Source of the DNA: Bacteroidota bacterium
Lineage (GTDB): Bacteria > Bacteroidota > Bacteroidia > UBA8524
Direction of reading: 5' to 3'
DNA length: 64,000 nucleotides
Assembly: GCA_006226545.1 (NCBI GenBank)
Contig: SBGR01000010.1
Location: 22,237-86,236, forward strand
The position numbers and the translations under genes were made by a program. The notes beneath the pieces are model-generated. The model had not been told where the DNA came from and did not search any database. It saw only the letters and a list, made by a program, of their open reading frames with translations. Positions 18,744-28,588 of the stretch are shown piece after piece; position 1 is the stretch's first letter, and each line of letters begins with the position of its first letter.

Positions 18744-20050
18744 AACTCTGGTCGAAAGGAAATACCGCACCGCAAGAGGTGCAGCATCGTATAGAAGAAT
18801 TTACCGCAGGCGAAGACCGACACTGGGATGCTTTTCTGGCTGTGGTAGACGTGCAAGGCAGCATCGCTCATGTGAACATGTTGGCCAAACAAGGTTTATT
18901 GAGCGAAGCAGATCACGCTATCCTCATTCCGGCTCTACAAGGTTTACTGGAGCTGGCTAAACAAGGCAAACTTCACTTGGAAGAAGGGGTGGAAGACATT
19001 CACTCGCAAGTGGAACTCATGCTGACCCGAGAACTAGGCGAGGTAGGGAAAAAGATTCACGCGGCCCGCTCCCGCAATGATCAAGTTTTAGTCGACTTGA
19101 AGCTTTACCTACGTGAAGAATTGCTTTCGCTTGAAACAGAGGTACAAGATTTCGCTAAGCAAATGTTGGCTTTGAGTGAAAAACACAAAGACGTGCTTTT
19201 GCCCGGCTATACGCATTACCAAGTAGCGATGCCTTCTTCTTTCGGGTTGTGGTTTGCCTCTTGGGCCGAATGTTTGGCTGAAGACCTGTGGCAAGTACAT
19301 GCAGCAGTTAAGCTGGTGAACAAAAATCCGCTTGGCTCGGCTGCCGGCTTTGGCTCCTCTTTTCCTATCGATAGAGAACAGACCACCCAAGAACTTGGCT
19401 TCAGCAACCTGCATTGGAATGTTTTGAATGCGCAGATGAGCAGGGGAAGAACAGAAAAATCGGTGGCTACAGCTTTGGCTGCGCTCGGATTTACCTTGGG
19501 TAGAATGAGCCAAGACATCGTTTTATACCTATCGCAAAACTTTGGTTTCCTGCGATTCCCTTCGGCTTATACCACGGGCTCTAGCATTATGCCGCACAAG
19601 AAGAATCCGGATGTATTTGAGCTGATGCGCGCGCGTTGCAACAGATTGCAGTCCTTGCCCAATGAGTTAGCGTTGATTCAAGCTAACCTCTCCACCGGTT
19701 ACCACCGCGATTTGCAAATCATGAAAGAGCACCTTTTTCCGGCATTGCAGGAGTTGAAATCGTGCTTTAACATGGCAGGCTGGATGCTTGAAGTGGTGGA
19801 AGTGAGTGAATCTATTCTGAGCGATGAGAAATACCGCTACCTCTTTACGGTGGAGGCTGTTAATCAGAAAGTATTGGAAGGCATGGCCTTTAGGGATGCT
19901 TACGTGTCTGTTGGACAAACCGTTGAAGCAGGGAAGTTTGAGTGGAATGCATCGCTAAAACATTCGCACCAAGGCAGTTTGGGAAACCTCTGCAATGGGG
20001 AGATTGAAAGGCAATTGAATGAGGTGAGCGAGGCCATTGCAAAAGCCTAA
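18740..20050 (+). CDS. argH: Argininosuccinate lyase
   Basis: RSRNDQ; PGYTH; GSSIMPHKKNPD. Confidence 0.97.
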   Translation: MKLWSKGNTAPQEVQHRIEEFTAGEDRHWDAFLAVVDVQGSIAHVNMLAKQGLLSEADHAILIPALQGLLELAKQGKLHLEEGVEDIHSQVELMLTRELGEVGKKIHAARSRNDQVLVDLKLYLREELLSLETEVQDFAKQMLALSEKHKDVLLPGYTHYQVAMPSSFGLWFASWAECLAEDLWQVHAAVKLVNKNPLGSAAGFGSSFPIDREQTTQELGFSNLHWNVLNAQMSRGRTEKSVATALAALGFTLGRMSQDIVLYLSQNFGFLRFPSAYTTGSSIMPHKKNPDVFELMRARCNRLQSLPNELALIQANLSTGYHRDLQIMKEHLFPALQELKSCFNMAGWMLEVVEVSESILSDEKYRYLFTVEAVNQKVLEGMAFRDAYVSVGQTVEAGKFEWNASLKHSHQGSLGNLCNGEIERQLNEVSEAIAKA

Positions 20051-20125
20051 GCAATTGTCATTTCGCGGTCATATTTGATTATAGGAAGTTGTAAGTTTTA
20101 CAGATTCTCTATTTTAGCTCCGTCT

Positions 20126-22534
20126 ATGAAGAGAAGCTTACTGATGTTCTGCATTTTGTTCTCCCTGTTGGGAGTGAATGCGCAGCCCATTACCCAAACC
20201 ATTCGTGGTAAAGTAGTAGATAAAGAATCGAAGTACCCGCTTACCGGGGTAACCATCAAATTATTGACTGATACCAGCGGTACACGTGGATGTGCTAGCG
20301 ATGTAGATGGCAATTTTGTGCTGGAGAATGTGCCGGTGGGTAGGCATAGTTTACAGTTCTCGTACATGGGCTATTCCACCCGGGTGCTAGACAATATCAC
20401 CGTAAGCTCAGCCAAGCAGGTGGTATTGAATGTAGACCTTGAAGAAAGCATTACCCTAGCCGAAGAGGTTATCATCAGCAATAAGAAAAATTCTTCCGAT
20501 CCGCAGAATGAGATGGCGATTATCTCGGCGCGTTCCTTTACGGTGGAAGAAACCGATCGTTTTGCGGGCAGCAGGGGAGACCCCAGCCGGATGGCCTCCA
20601 ACTATGCTGGCGTACAAGGCGCAAACGACTCAAGAAATGACATTGTGATTCGAGGCAACTCACCTGCCGGTGTTTTGTGGCGTGTAGAAGGCATCGATAT
20701 CCCTAACCCAAATCACTTTGCTATTCCGGGTACTACCGGTGGACCGGTTAACATCATCAACAATAAGATGTTGGCCAACTCCGATTTTTACACGGGCGCT
20801 TTCCCGGCCGAATTCGGTAATGCTACAGCCGGTGTCTTCGACTTGAAGTTCAGACCGGGCAATAACCAGAAATACGAAAACAGCTTTCAATTTGGCTTCT
20901 TAGGCACCGAACTGTTTTCAGAAGGACCTATCAATAAAAAGAAAGGCTCCAGCTACTTGGTTGGCTACCGCTATTCCAGCTTAGCACTATTCGATGCCTT
21001 GAAGTTTGATATCGGTACCAATGCAGTTCCGAAATACCAAGACGGCGGATTTAAACTCAATTTCCCTTTGAAAAACAATGCCAGCATATCTGTTTGGGGC
21101 ATTGGAGGCTATAGCAGCATCGATATTTTGATTTCAGAATTGTTGCCGGAAGAACGAAATATCTACGGAGAAAACGACCGCGACCAATATTTTACATCGT
21201 ATATGGGTGTGCTTGGTGCTACCTACAATAAAAGCTTCAATAGCAATACCTTTTTGAAAGTTACAGTGGCTGCCATGAACCAATCGGTTGTAGTGCACCA
21301 CGAATACCTGTTCTATTCACAGAACCGGGATACCTTGTACAAGAAAGATCCTTTGCTTCAGTATACCTTTAGCAATACAACCTACAATACACACGCGTCA
21401 GTTAATCATAAGCTCTCGAAGAAACTTACCTTGAAGGCCGGTGTCTTGTTTGATATTCAGAAATTCAATTACCACGATTCGGCACGGGCTGTTGTGCAAG
21501 ACAACCAAGGAAATTACAACCTAGACCCTTGGTCGGTGCGCTGGAATGCCGATGAATATGCCCTATTGCTTCGTCCTTATGCCCAAGTGAATTGGAAACC
21601 AACAGCACGCTTCACTGCGAACTTCGGTTTGCACAGTCAGTATTCATCGCTCAATAATGCTGTTTCTGCTATTGAACCAAGAGCCAGCATGCGCTACGCA
21701 ATCAACAGCAAAACCAATATGAGCGCAGGACTTGGTTTGCATAGCCAAATGCAGTCGCCTTATTTGTATTTCTACCAATTTGACACAGTAAACGGAACAA
21801 GCAACAGAGACATGGGCTTTACCAAAAGCTTTCACAGTGTTATTGGATTGGAACGTAGCCTAGGCAAAAGTACCCGCGTGAAGAGTGAATTGTATTTCCA
21901 ATACCTCTTCGACGTTCCGGTTAAAACGATTCCAAGCTCATTCTCTTTACTCAATACCGGAAGCGGCTTTTCTCGCTTCTTCCCGGAACAATTGGTCAAC
22001 CAAGGCAAAGGCCGCAATTACGGATTGGAACTCAGCGTGGAGCATTTCTTCTCTAAGCGTTTTTTCTTCTTGGTAACCGGATCACTCTTCGATGCTAAAT
22101 ACCAAGGCAGCGATAATGTTTGGCGCAATACCGATTTCAATGGAGGTTATGCATTGAGTGCCATCTTAACCAAAGAATGGAAAGTGGGCAAAAGCGGAGC
22201 ATTTCAAGCAGGAACAAACGTGACCCATGTAGGCGGACGCTATTATTCTCCGGCTGATACGGCCTTGAGTAACGCACGCAGTGAATTGATTGAAGTGGAT
22301 TCGCTAAAAAACACCTTACAGACGCCGGCTTATTTCCGCATGGATTTGCGCCTTTCGTACAAATGGAATAGGCCGAAGGTGAGTCACGAGTTTGCCTTAG
22401 ACATTGTGAATGTGCTGAATACGAAGAATGTTTTGGCCTTGACCTATGCGCCTGATCCGAGCAGCACCACCAACGTTCGTTTCGAATACCAACTTTCTTT
22501 ACTGCCGCTCTTCTATTACAGGCTGGATTTCTAA
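20126..22534 (+). CDS. TonB-dependent receptor with N-terminal carboxypeptidase-regulatory-like domain
   Basis: Signal peptide; IRGKVVD..G..F.L..VPVG domain; plug motif NDIVIRGNSP; C-terminal YRLDF. Confidence 0.9.
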   Translation: MKRSLLMFCILFSLLGVNAQPITQTIRGKVVDKESKYPLTGVTIKLLTDTSGTRGCASDVDGNFVLENVPVGRHSLQFSYMGYSTRVLDNITVSSAKQVVLNVDLEESITLAEEVIISNKKNSSDPQNEMAIISARSFTVEETDRFAGSRGDPSRMASNYAGVQGANDSRNDIVIRGNSPAGVLWRVEGIDIPNPNHFAIPGTTGGPVNIINNKMLANSDFYTGAFPAEFGNATAGVFDLKFRPGNNQKYENSFQFGFLGTELFSEGPINKKKGSSYLVGYRYSSLALFDALKFDIGTNAVPKYQDGGFKLNFPLKNNASISVWGIGGYSSIDILISELLPEERNIYGENDRDQYFTSYMGVLGATYNKSFNSNTFLKVTVAAMNQSVVVHHEYLFYSQNRDTLYKKDPLLQYTFSNTTYNTHASVNHKLSKKLTLKAGVLFDIQKFNYHDSARAVVQDNQGNYNLDPWSVRWNADEYALLLRPYAQVNWKPTARFTANFGLHSQYSSLNNAVSAIEPRASMRYAINSKTNMSAGLGLHSQMQSPYLYFYQFDTVNGTSNRDMGFTKSFHSVIGLERSLGKSTRVKSELYFQYLFDVPVKTIPSSFSLLNTGSGFSRFFPEQLVNQGKGRNYGLELSVEHFFSKRFFFLVTGSLFDAKYQGSDNVWRNTDFNGGYALSAILTKEWKVGKSGAFQAGTNVTHVGGRYYSPADTALSNARSELIEVDSLKNTLQTPAYFRMDLRLSYKWNRPKVSHEFALDIVNVLNTKNVLALTYAPDPSSTTNVRFEYQLSLLPLFYYRLDF

Positions 22535-22559
22535 GTGGGATTAGCGAATTTGCAACCCG

Positions 22560-23873
22560 ATGGCATTTAGCGAGGCAGACATGGAATGGAACTCAGGCTT
22601 TAAACACGCCTGGGATGTGATGACACAAACACGCGAATGCGTGCTGATCACGGGAAAAGCAGGGACCGGTAAATCGACCTTGCTGCGTCACTTTGTGAAA
22701 GAATCAGGGAAAACCTGCGTGGTTGTTGCGCCTACAGGAATTGCCGCTATTAACGCCGGCGGACAAACCGTTCATTCCTTTTTTGGATTGCCTATCAGGC
22801 CCATCATGCCGGGCGATTCTGAAATAAAGAAATACGGAAAATACCATCCCAAGTACAAGATCATGGCGAACATGGACGTGCTGGTGGTGGATGAGGTTTC
22901 CATGCTCAGAGCCGATATCATCGATGCGATGGATCACTCGCTTCGCATCAACTTAGGCATCAATAAACCTTTTGGAGGCAAACAGGTGGTTTTCTTTGGC
23001 GACTTATTCCAGCTGGAACCGGTGATGCAAAATAATCCGGTGGAGCGCCATCTTTTTACCGAAGTGTACAGAAGTCATTATTTCTTTGATGCCCAGGTCT
23101 TTGACGAATTGCATTTGCCCAATATTGAGCTGACTAGCGTATACCGTCAGAAAGACGAGAGCTTTATCAGTCTCTTGGATAGCATTAGAACGGCTACCTT
23201 GGAAGAAGACGGCATGCGTGAACTGAACGCGCGTTATATGCCGGATTACGAAGCTTCGCCCGAAGAGTTGACCATCACCCTTTGCACCAAAAACTATATG
23301 GCAGAAGGCATCAACGACTTCATGTTAAGTAGGTTGGAGTCTAGGTCGCAATCGTATAAGGGAGAGATAGAAGGCGAGTTCAACGAGCGAAACCTGCCAA
23401 CGGCTTTTAGCCTGACCTTGAAAGTAGGGGCGCAAGTGGTCTTCCTAAAAAACCACGTTAGTGGCAAATACGTCAACGGCACCTTAGGCAAGGTAACGCG
23501 CTTGGATCCGATGCAGATTGAGGTGGAGCTGGAAGACGGTGAAACGGTGATGCTGGAAAAGGAAGTTTGGGAGAATAAGGTTTATAAATTCGATAACCTG
23601 AACAAACGTATTCAAAGCGATGTAATTGGCCGCTTTACCCAGTACCCTGTAAAACTCGCTTGGGCGATTACCATTCACAAAAGCCAAGGTTTAACTTTCG
23701 ATAGAACCATTGTAGACATGGGCAGTGGCGCCTTCGCGCACGGACAAATGTATGTGGCTTTAAGCCGCTGTCGTTCGCTAGAGGGACTTTACTTGAAACA
23801 GCAAATTCGCTATCAAGACATCATCGTAGACGAACGCGTGGTGAACTTCGCTCGAAGAAACTTGCTGGTTTAA
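22560..23873 (+). CDS. PIF1/RecD-like SF1B DNA helicase
   Basis: TGKAGTGKS; DEVSM; GDLFQL; AITIHKSQG; YVALSR. Confidence 0.92.
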   Translation: MAFSEADMEWNSGFKHAWDVMTQTRECVLITGKAGTGKSTLLRHFVKESGKTCVVVAPTGIAAINAGGQTVHSFFGLPIRPIMPGDSEIKKYGKYHPKYKIMANMDVLVVDEVSMLRADIIDAMDHSLRINLGINKPFGGKQVVFFGDLFQLEPVMQNNPVERHLFTEVYRSHYFFDAQVFDELHLPNIELTSVYRQKDESFISLLDSIRTATLEEDGMRELNARYMPDYEASPEELTITLCTKNYMAEGINDFMLSRLESRSQSYKGEIEGEFNERNLPTAFSLTLKVGAQVVFLKNHVSGKYVNGTLGKVTRLDPMQIEVELEDGETVMLEKEVWENKVYKFDNLNKRIQSDVIGRFTQYPVKLAWAITIHKSQGLTFDRTIVDMGSGAFAHGQMYVALSRCRSLEGLYLKQQIRYQDIIVDERVVNFARRNLLV

Positions 23874-24256
23874 ATGCTACTCCAGCCATCTTGATCCGAA
23901 GCGTCAAAGGCATCTTGAATCCAATTGATTTCAGGGTTTCCTTGCTGGAGTACAACGGAAACAATATCGAAGCGGTAGGCTGCTTCACTAAAGGCTTCAC
24001 CTAAATACGCTTGCATGGCCTGTTCCATAAGTTGCTGCTTTTTAAGCGATACATATTCTTCTGGTAGTCCGAAGCGTAGGTCCTTTTTAGTTTTTACTTC
24101 AACCATCACAAGCGTTTTATTTTGCATTACAATCAAATCGATTTCTGATTTTTTATAATGCCAGTTGCGCTCCAATATCCGGCAGCCTTGTGTCGTGAGG
24201 AATTGTGCCGCTAGGTCTTCGCCCAATTGTCCGATAGCGTTTTGGTCCAGTTTCAT
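23870..24256 (-). CDS. yraN: YraN family endonuclease-like protein (UPF0102)
   Basis: GQLGEDLA; RNW; EIDLI; VEVKT; RFDIV. Confidence 0.9.
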   Translation of the reverse strand: MKLDQNAIGQLGEDLAAQFLTTQGCRILERNWHYKKSEIDLIVMQNKTLVMVEVKTKKDLRFGLPEEYVSLKKQQLMEQAMQAYLGEAFSEAAYRFDIVSVVLQQGNPEINWIQDAFDASDQDGWSSI

Positions 24257-24349
24257 GCCCTCAAGTTCGCACGACTTTAACCGACTTTTGGTCGTGCTTT
24301 GGTCAATTTTGCGCTGCCTGAGTGTAGAAAGCTAACGTATCTTTGTGCT

Positions 24350-25063
24350 ATGCGTAAAGTGCGATTTGAAGATTTGGGTACGCGGGAATACCAAGACACC
24401 TGGGATTACCAGGAACAGCTTTTTGGTGAAAACGTGAATGCCAAGTTAGCGGCAAGAAGGGCGGAGGTAGCAGGAGAGCCTTTTGAACTCCATACCCAAG
24501 ATCATTTGCTTTTTGTTGAACACCCGCATGTCTATACCTTGGGCAAAAGCGGAAAACCTGAAAACCTCTTGATTGACGAAGCCGGGTTGAAGGAAGTGAA
24601 TGCAACCTATTTGCCGATTAACCGCGGGGGCGATATCACCTACCACGGTTTTGGACAGCTGGTAGCCTACCCCATCTTCGATTTAGAACATTACTTTACC
24701 GACATCCATAAGTTTCTACGTTACCTCGAAGAAGCCATAATTTTAACACTGGCCGATTATGGAATCAGCGCCGGGCGCATTGACGGATTGACAGGAGTTT
24801 GGATAGAACCTGACAATATGGACAGGGCCCGGAAGATTTGTGCCATGGGAATTCGGTGTTCGCGTTGGGTAACCATGCACGGACTTGCATTGAACGTAAA
24901 CACCGACTTGAAATACTTTGAATACATAGTGCCATGCGGCATAGACGATAAAGCGGTTACATCCATGCAGGCAGAGCTAGGCCATGAGGTTTCGATAGAG
25001 GAAGTGAAAGCGAAGGTGAAATTCCATATCGCTCAATTGTTTAGCATTGCCTTTGAGGAATAA
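24350..25063 (+). CDS. lipB: Lipoyl(octanoyl) transferase
   Basis: EHPHVYTLG; RGGDITYHG; KICAMG; HGLALN; IVPCG. Start placed after TATCTTTG (24338-24345). Confidence 0.95.
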   Translation: MRKVRFEDLGTREYQDTWDYQEQLFGENVNAKLAARRAEVAGEPFELHTQDHLLFVEHPHVYTLGKSGKPENLLIDEAGLKEVNATYLPINRGGDITYHGFGQLVAYPIFDLEHYFTDIHKFLRYLEEAIILTLADYGISAGRIDGLTGVWIEPDNMDRARKICAMGIRCSRWVTMHGLALNVNTDLKYFEYIVPCGIDDKAVTSMQAELGHEVSIEEVKAKVKFHIAQLFSIAFEE

Positions 25064-25091
25064 AGGATATAAAAAATTGTATTTTAAACAC

Positions 25092-25715
25092 ATGAAAAAA
25101 TCTTGGATCATTATTGCCATTATCGTTGCTATCCCATTGTTCGGCTTTATGTGGGCGAATGGAGTCTACAACAAAATGCTGCGTTACGATGAAACAACCA
25201 GCGAAGCCTGGGGCTATGTTCAATCGGCTTACCAACGTAGGGCAGATTTGGTACCTCAATTAGTGGCCACAGTTGATATGGCTGCGGAAAACGAAAAAGA
25301 AATCTTGATGGGCGTTACCCAAGCACGTGCAGGTATCGTTGAATACAATAATAACTTAGGTGAGCTGAAAGAAGGCATCAACAATGCGAAGAACCCGGAA
25401 CAGATGAACATGTACGGTAAAAAAATCAATACAGCCATCAACTTGGCGTTTGAAGCCTATCCGAATATTCGTTCTACCGACGGTTTCATGAAGTTGCAAG
25501 ATGAATTATCCGGTACTGAGAACCGCATTAAAATTGAACGCGACAGGTATACTTCAGCCGTGAAGGAATACAATATCTACCGCAAAGGCATCATGCGCAA
25601 TATGGCCTTGTCCATCTTAGGCAAAGCCGATGAGTTTGAAGCAAAAGAAGGCTTTAAAACGTTGACAGAAGGTGCTGATAAAGCGGTTGACGTAAGAGAG
25701 GAGTTCAAAAAATAA
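25092..25715 (+). CDS. lemA: LemA family protein
   Basis: N-terminal TM; YQRRADLVP; EAYP; GTENRI. Confidence 0.92.
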   Translation: MKKSWIIIAIIVAIPLFGFMWANGVYNKMLRYDETTSEAWGYVQSAYQRRADLVPQLVATVDMAAENEKEILMGVTQARAGIVEYNNNLGELKEGINNAKNPEQMNMYGKKINTAINLAFEAYPNIRSTDGFMKLQDELSGTENRIKIERDRYTSAVKEYNIYRKGIMRNMALSILGKADEFEAKEGFKTLTEGADKAVDVREEFKK

Positions 25716-26155
25716 TGGGACTTCTTTCAAAAGACTTTCTGAGTGAAGCAGAAGCAGAACGCATTGTAGCTGCTATTCGTGAGGCAGAAAAAAACACCTC
25801 CGGAGAAATTCGACTTCACGTAGAACCATTTTGTAAGATTGAGGTCATGGACCGAGCGGCCGATGTATTCGGCTTCTTAGACATGCACAAGACAGCACTT
25901 CGCAATGGGGTGCTGTTTTACCTCGCTTTTGAAGACCATCAATTTGCCATATTAGGCGATGGTGGAATTAACCAAAAAGTAGCCGATAACTTTTGGCAAG
26001 AGACCCGCGACTTGGTTTTGAACCATTTTAAATCAGAGCAATACACCGAAGGCTTAGTGCAAGGAATACTCCATGCGGGCGAACAATTGAAACATCATTT
26101 TCCGTATCAATCGGATGATAAAAACGAATTAAGTGACGAAATCTCATTTGGCTAA
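25715..26155 (+). CDS. TPM-domain protein
   Basis: AEKNTSGEIR; RNGVL; NELSDEI; lemA-linked. Confidence 0.88.
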   Translation: MGLLSKDFLSEAEAERIVAAIREAEKNTSGEIRLHVEPFCKIEVMDRAADVFGFLDMHKTALRNGVLFYLAFEDHQFAILGDGGINQKVADNFWQETRDLVLNHFKSEQYTEGLVQGILHAGEQLKHHFPYQSDDKNELSDEISFG

Positions 26156-26897
26156 AAGCCTTTCCATACTCACGCTTTTTACATTTTTTATTGCTGCGTT
26201 TACCGCAGATGCCAGGTCATTGCCTGATTCGGTTTCCGGAAAGCGTGTTTACGATGAGGCGGGAATCTTGAGCCCAGGAGAAATTCAATCTCTGGAACAT
26301 AAGATAGTTTCCTACCAAGACACCACCTCCACTCAAATTGTGATTTTTATTGGTAAATCGCTTGAAGGAGAAGACATCGAAGGCTTCAACTATAGGCTTG
26401 GCGAAGCCTGGGGTATTGGTCAAAAAGGCAAAAACAACGGTATCGTCATCAGTGTATTCATGGAAGATCGTTTGATGCGCATTGATGTGGGCAGAGGCTT
26501 GGAAGCAGCCATTACCGATGGTGAAGCCTACCAAATAAGGATGCAAATACTCAGGCCAAATTTTCGGAACGGTGCTTATTACCAAGGCTTAGATCAAGCC
26601 CTGGATGCCCTTTTTGCAGAGGCCAACGGGGAATTTCAAGGAAACGGAGCTCGTTATCGAAAGAATAAGTCACCACTCTTCTTTTTTGTGATGCTAATCA
26701 TCATCTTCATCATTCTGCGCATCTTGGGTAAAGGCAGAGGAGGTGGATTTGGTGGTGGCTTCGCTGGGGGCTACATGGCCGGTCGTATGATGGGCGGCGG
26801 TTGGGGTAACTTCTCCTCCGGTGGCGGCGGCTTTAGCGGCGGAGGAGGCTTCGGTGGCGGAAGCTTTGGTGGTGGTGGTTCCGGTGGTAGCTGGTAA
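26133..26897 (+). CDS. TPM-domain membrane protein with Gly-rich tail (YgcG-like)
   Basis: WGIGQKGKNNG; GLEAAITD; FGGGSFGGGGSGGSW C-terminus. Confidence 0.9.
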   Translation: MTKSHLAKSLSILTLFTFFIAAFTADARSLPDSVSGKRVYDEAGILSPGEIQSLEHKIVSYQDTTSTQIVIFIGKSLEGEDIEGFNYRLGEAWGIGQKGKNNGIVISVFMEDRLMRIDVGRGLEAAITDGEAYQIRMQILRPNFRNGAYYQGLDQALDALFAEANGEFQGNGARYRKNKSPLFFFVMLIIIFIILRILGKGRGGGFGGGFAGGYMAGRMMGGGWGNFSSGGGGFSGGGGFGGGSFGGGGSGGSW

Positions 26898-26981
26898 TAG
26901 CTTAGTCAACACTGTATCTTTTCAAAGTCAGTTCAGGTAGAACGGCTTGTTTCTCTTTAAAAATCGTAGCAACTTGCCGCT

Positions 26982-27713
26982 ATGCTTAATAAACTGGATT
27001 TAGAACGTGTGGTGGTGCTCGACATTGAAACGGTGTCGCAAAATGCCAGTTACACGTCGCTAGATTCAGAATGGAAGGAGCTCTGGGATCTCAAAGCGGC
27101 CAACCTCAAACGCAAGGAGGAAGAAGACGAAGAAACGCTTTACAAAAGAGCCGGTATCTATGCCGAATTTGGTAAGGTGGTTTGCATTTCAGTGGGCTTC
27201 TTCCGTGCCTACGATGATCACTACCAGTTTCGTATAAAATCGTTTTACGGCGATGATGAAAAAGCGGTATTGAGCGATTTTGCCCAATTGCTGGATAGCC
27301 GGTTTCACGGCAAACAGTTTCTCTTGGCGGCCCATAACGGCAAAGAATTCGACTTTCCATACCTCGCCCGTCGAATGGTCATCCAGGGAATATCCTTACC
27401 ATTGATGTTAGACCATGCCGGCAAAAAGCCATGGGAGGTTCCACATTTAGACACCATGGAGTTGTGGAAGTTTGGCGATTTCAAACACTATACATCGCTA
27501 AAGCTTTTGGCTAAAGTATTGGGCATTCCAACGCCTAAAGACGATATCGACGGAAGCATGGTTGGAGAAGTCTACTGGAAGGAACAAGACTTGGAACGCA
27601 TTAAGGTCTATTGCCAGAAAGATGTAATCACCGTAGCACAAATGCTATTGCGTTTTAGCGGAAAGCGTTTGCTTAAGCAGGAAGAACTTATCTTTGCCGA
27701 CCAAGAAGACTAA
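26982..27713 (+). CDS. PolB-like 3'-5' exonuclease (DEDDy)
   Basis: LDIET; HNGKEFDFP; YCQKD. Confidence 0.88.
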   Translation: MLNKLDLERVVVLDIETVSQNASYTSLDSEWKELWDLKAANLKRKEEEDEETLYKRAGIYAEFGKVVCISVGFFRAYDDHYQFRIKSFYGDDEKAVLSDFAQLLDSRFHGKQFLLAAHNGKEFDFPYLARRMVIQGISLPLMLDHAGKKPWEVPHLDTMELWKFGDFKHYTSLKLLAKVLGIPTPKDDIDGSMVGEVYWKEQDLERIKVYCQKDVITVAQMLLRFSGKRLLKQEELIFADQED

Positions 27714-27715
27714 GT

Positions 27716-28588
27716 TTGGAACTACTCACACCCCTACACTGGAAAGATTACGAGCTACTTGATTGTGGCAACTTTGAGAAGCTGGAACGCTTCGGTAAAT
27801 ATATTCTTCGTCGCCCGGAGCCTCAGGCAATCTGGAACAAGCGCTGGACCGAAGAAGAGTGGAAGATGCACACCAATGCCTCGTTCAGCCAGAAGGGCGC
27901 CCATTCTGGAGAGTGGCGCAAAAGCAATATGCCCGACAATTGGTTTATGCATTACAACCACGGAGGCATGAAACTTCGGTTTAAGTTGGCCTTAACAGCC
28001 TTCAAGCACGTTGGTATTTTCCCGGAGCAAGCCGCTAACTGGGATTTCATCTATAACTCAATTAAAGCTTTGCCGGTTGAACAGCCGCGTGTTTTAAATT
28101 TATTCGCCTATACCGGCGGTGCATCGCTTGCGGCTAAGGCTGCCGGCGCAGATGTGGTGCACGTAGATTCAGTTCGTCAAGTAGTAGGATGGGCAAAGGA
28201 AAATATGGAATTATCTAGCTTAGATAATATTCGCTGGACTGTTGAAGACGCTTTGAAATTTGTAAAACGGGAAGCCAAACGCGGTAAATTTTACCACGGT
28301 ATCTTATTGGACCCACCGGCCTATGGCATTGGTGCAAAAGGAGAACGCTGGAAATTGGAAGAGAGCTTAAACGATATGCTCACCGACCTATCGAGTCTGC
28401 TTCACCCTGAACATAATTTCTTCTTATTGAACGTGTATTCTTTGGGTTTATCTGCTTTGGTAGCAGAGAACTTAGCGAATATTCACTTTCCAAAAGCGAA
28501 GAACCTCCATACCGGAGAATTGTATCTGAAATCAACAAGCGGCGTGAATTTGCCATTGGGTGTATTCGCTCGTTTCCACTCCCATTGA
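27716..28588 (+). CDS. Class I SAM-dependent methyltransferase (RlmI/RlmK-like)
   Basis: VLNLFAYTG; LDPPAYG. Confidence 0.85.
   Translation: MELLTPLHWKDYELLDCGNFEKLERFGKYILRRPEPQAIWNKRWTEEEWKMHTNASFSQKGAHSGEWRKSNMPDNWFMHYNHGGMKLRFKLALTAFKHVGIFPEQAANWDFIYNSIKALPVEQPRVLNLFAYTGGASLAAKAAGADVVHVDSVRQVVGWAKENMELSSLDNIRWTVEDALKFVKREAKRGKFYHGILLDPPAYGIGAKGERWKLEESLNDMLTDLSSLLHPEHNFFLLNVYSLGLSALVAENLANIHFPKAKNLHTGELYLKSTSGVNLPLGVFARFHSH

Noticed and set aside
20051-22534. TonB-dependent receptor as an arginine-operon member
   Set aside because: 75-bp gap with its own -7-like TATTTTAG, unlike the overlapping arg genes; no functional link visible.
22560-24256. Helicase plus YraN nuclease as a defence system
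   Set aside because: Convergent orientation, and both are common housekeeping-context genes in Bacteroidota.
26730-26897. GGN-rich low-complexity tract
   Set aside because: Encodes the normal Gly-rich tail of TPM/YgcG proteins.
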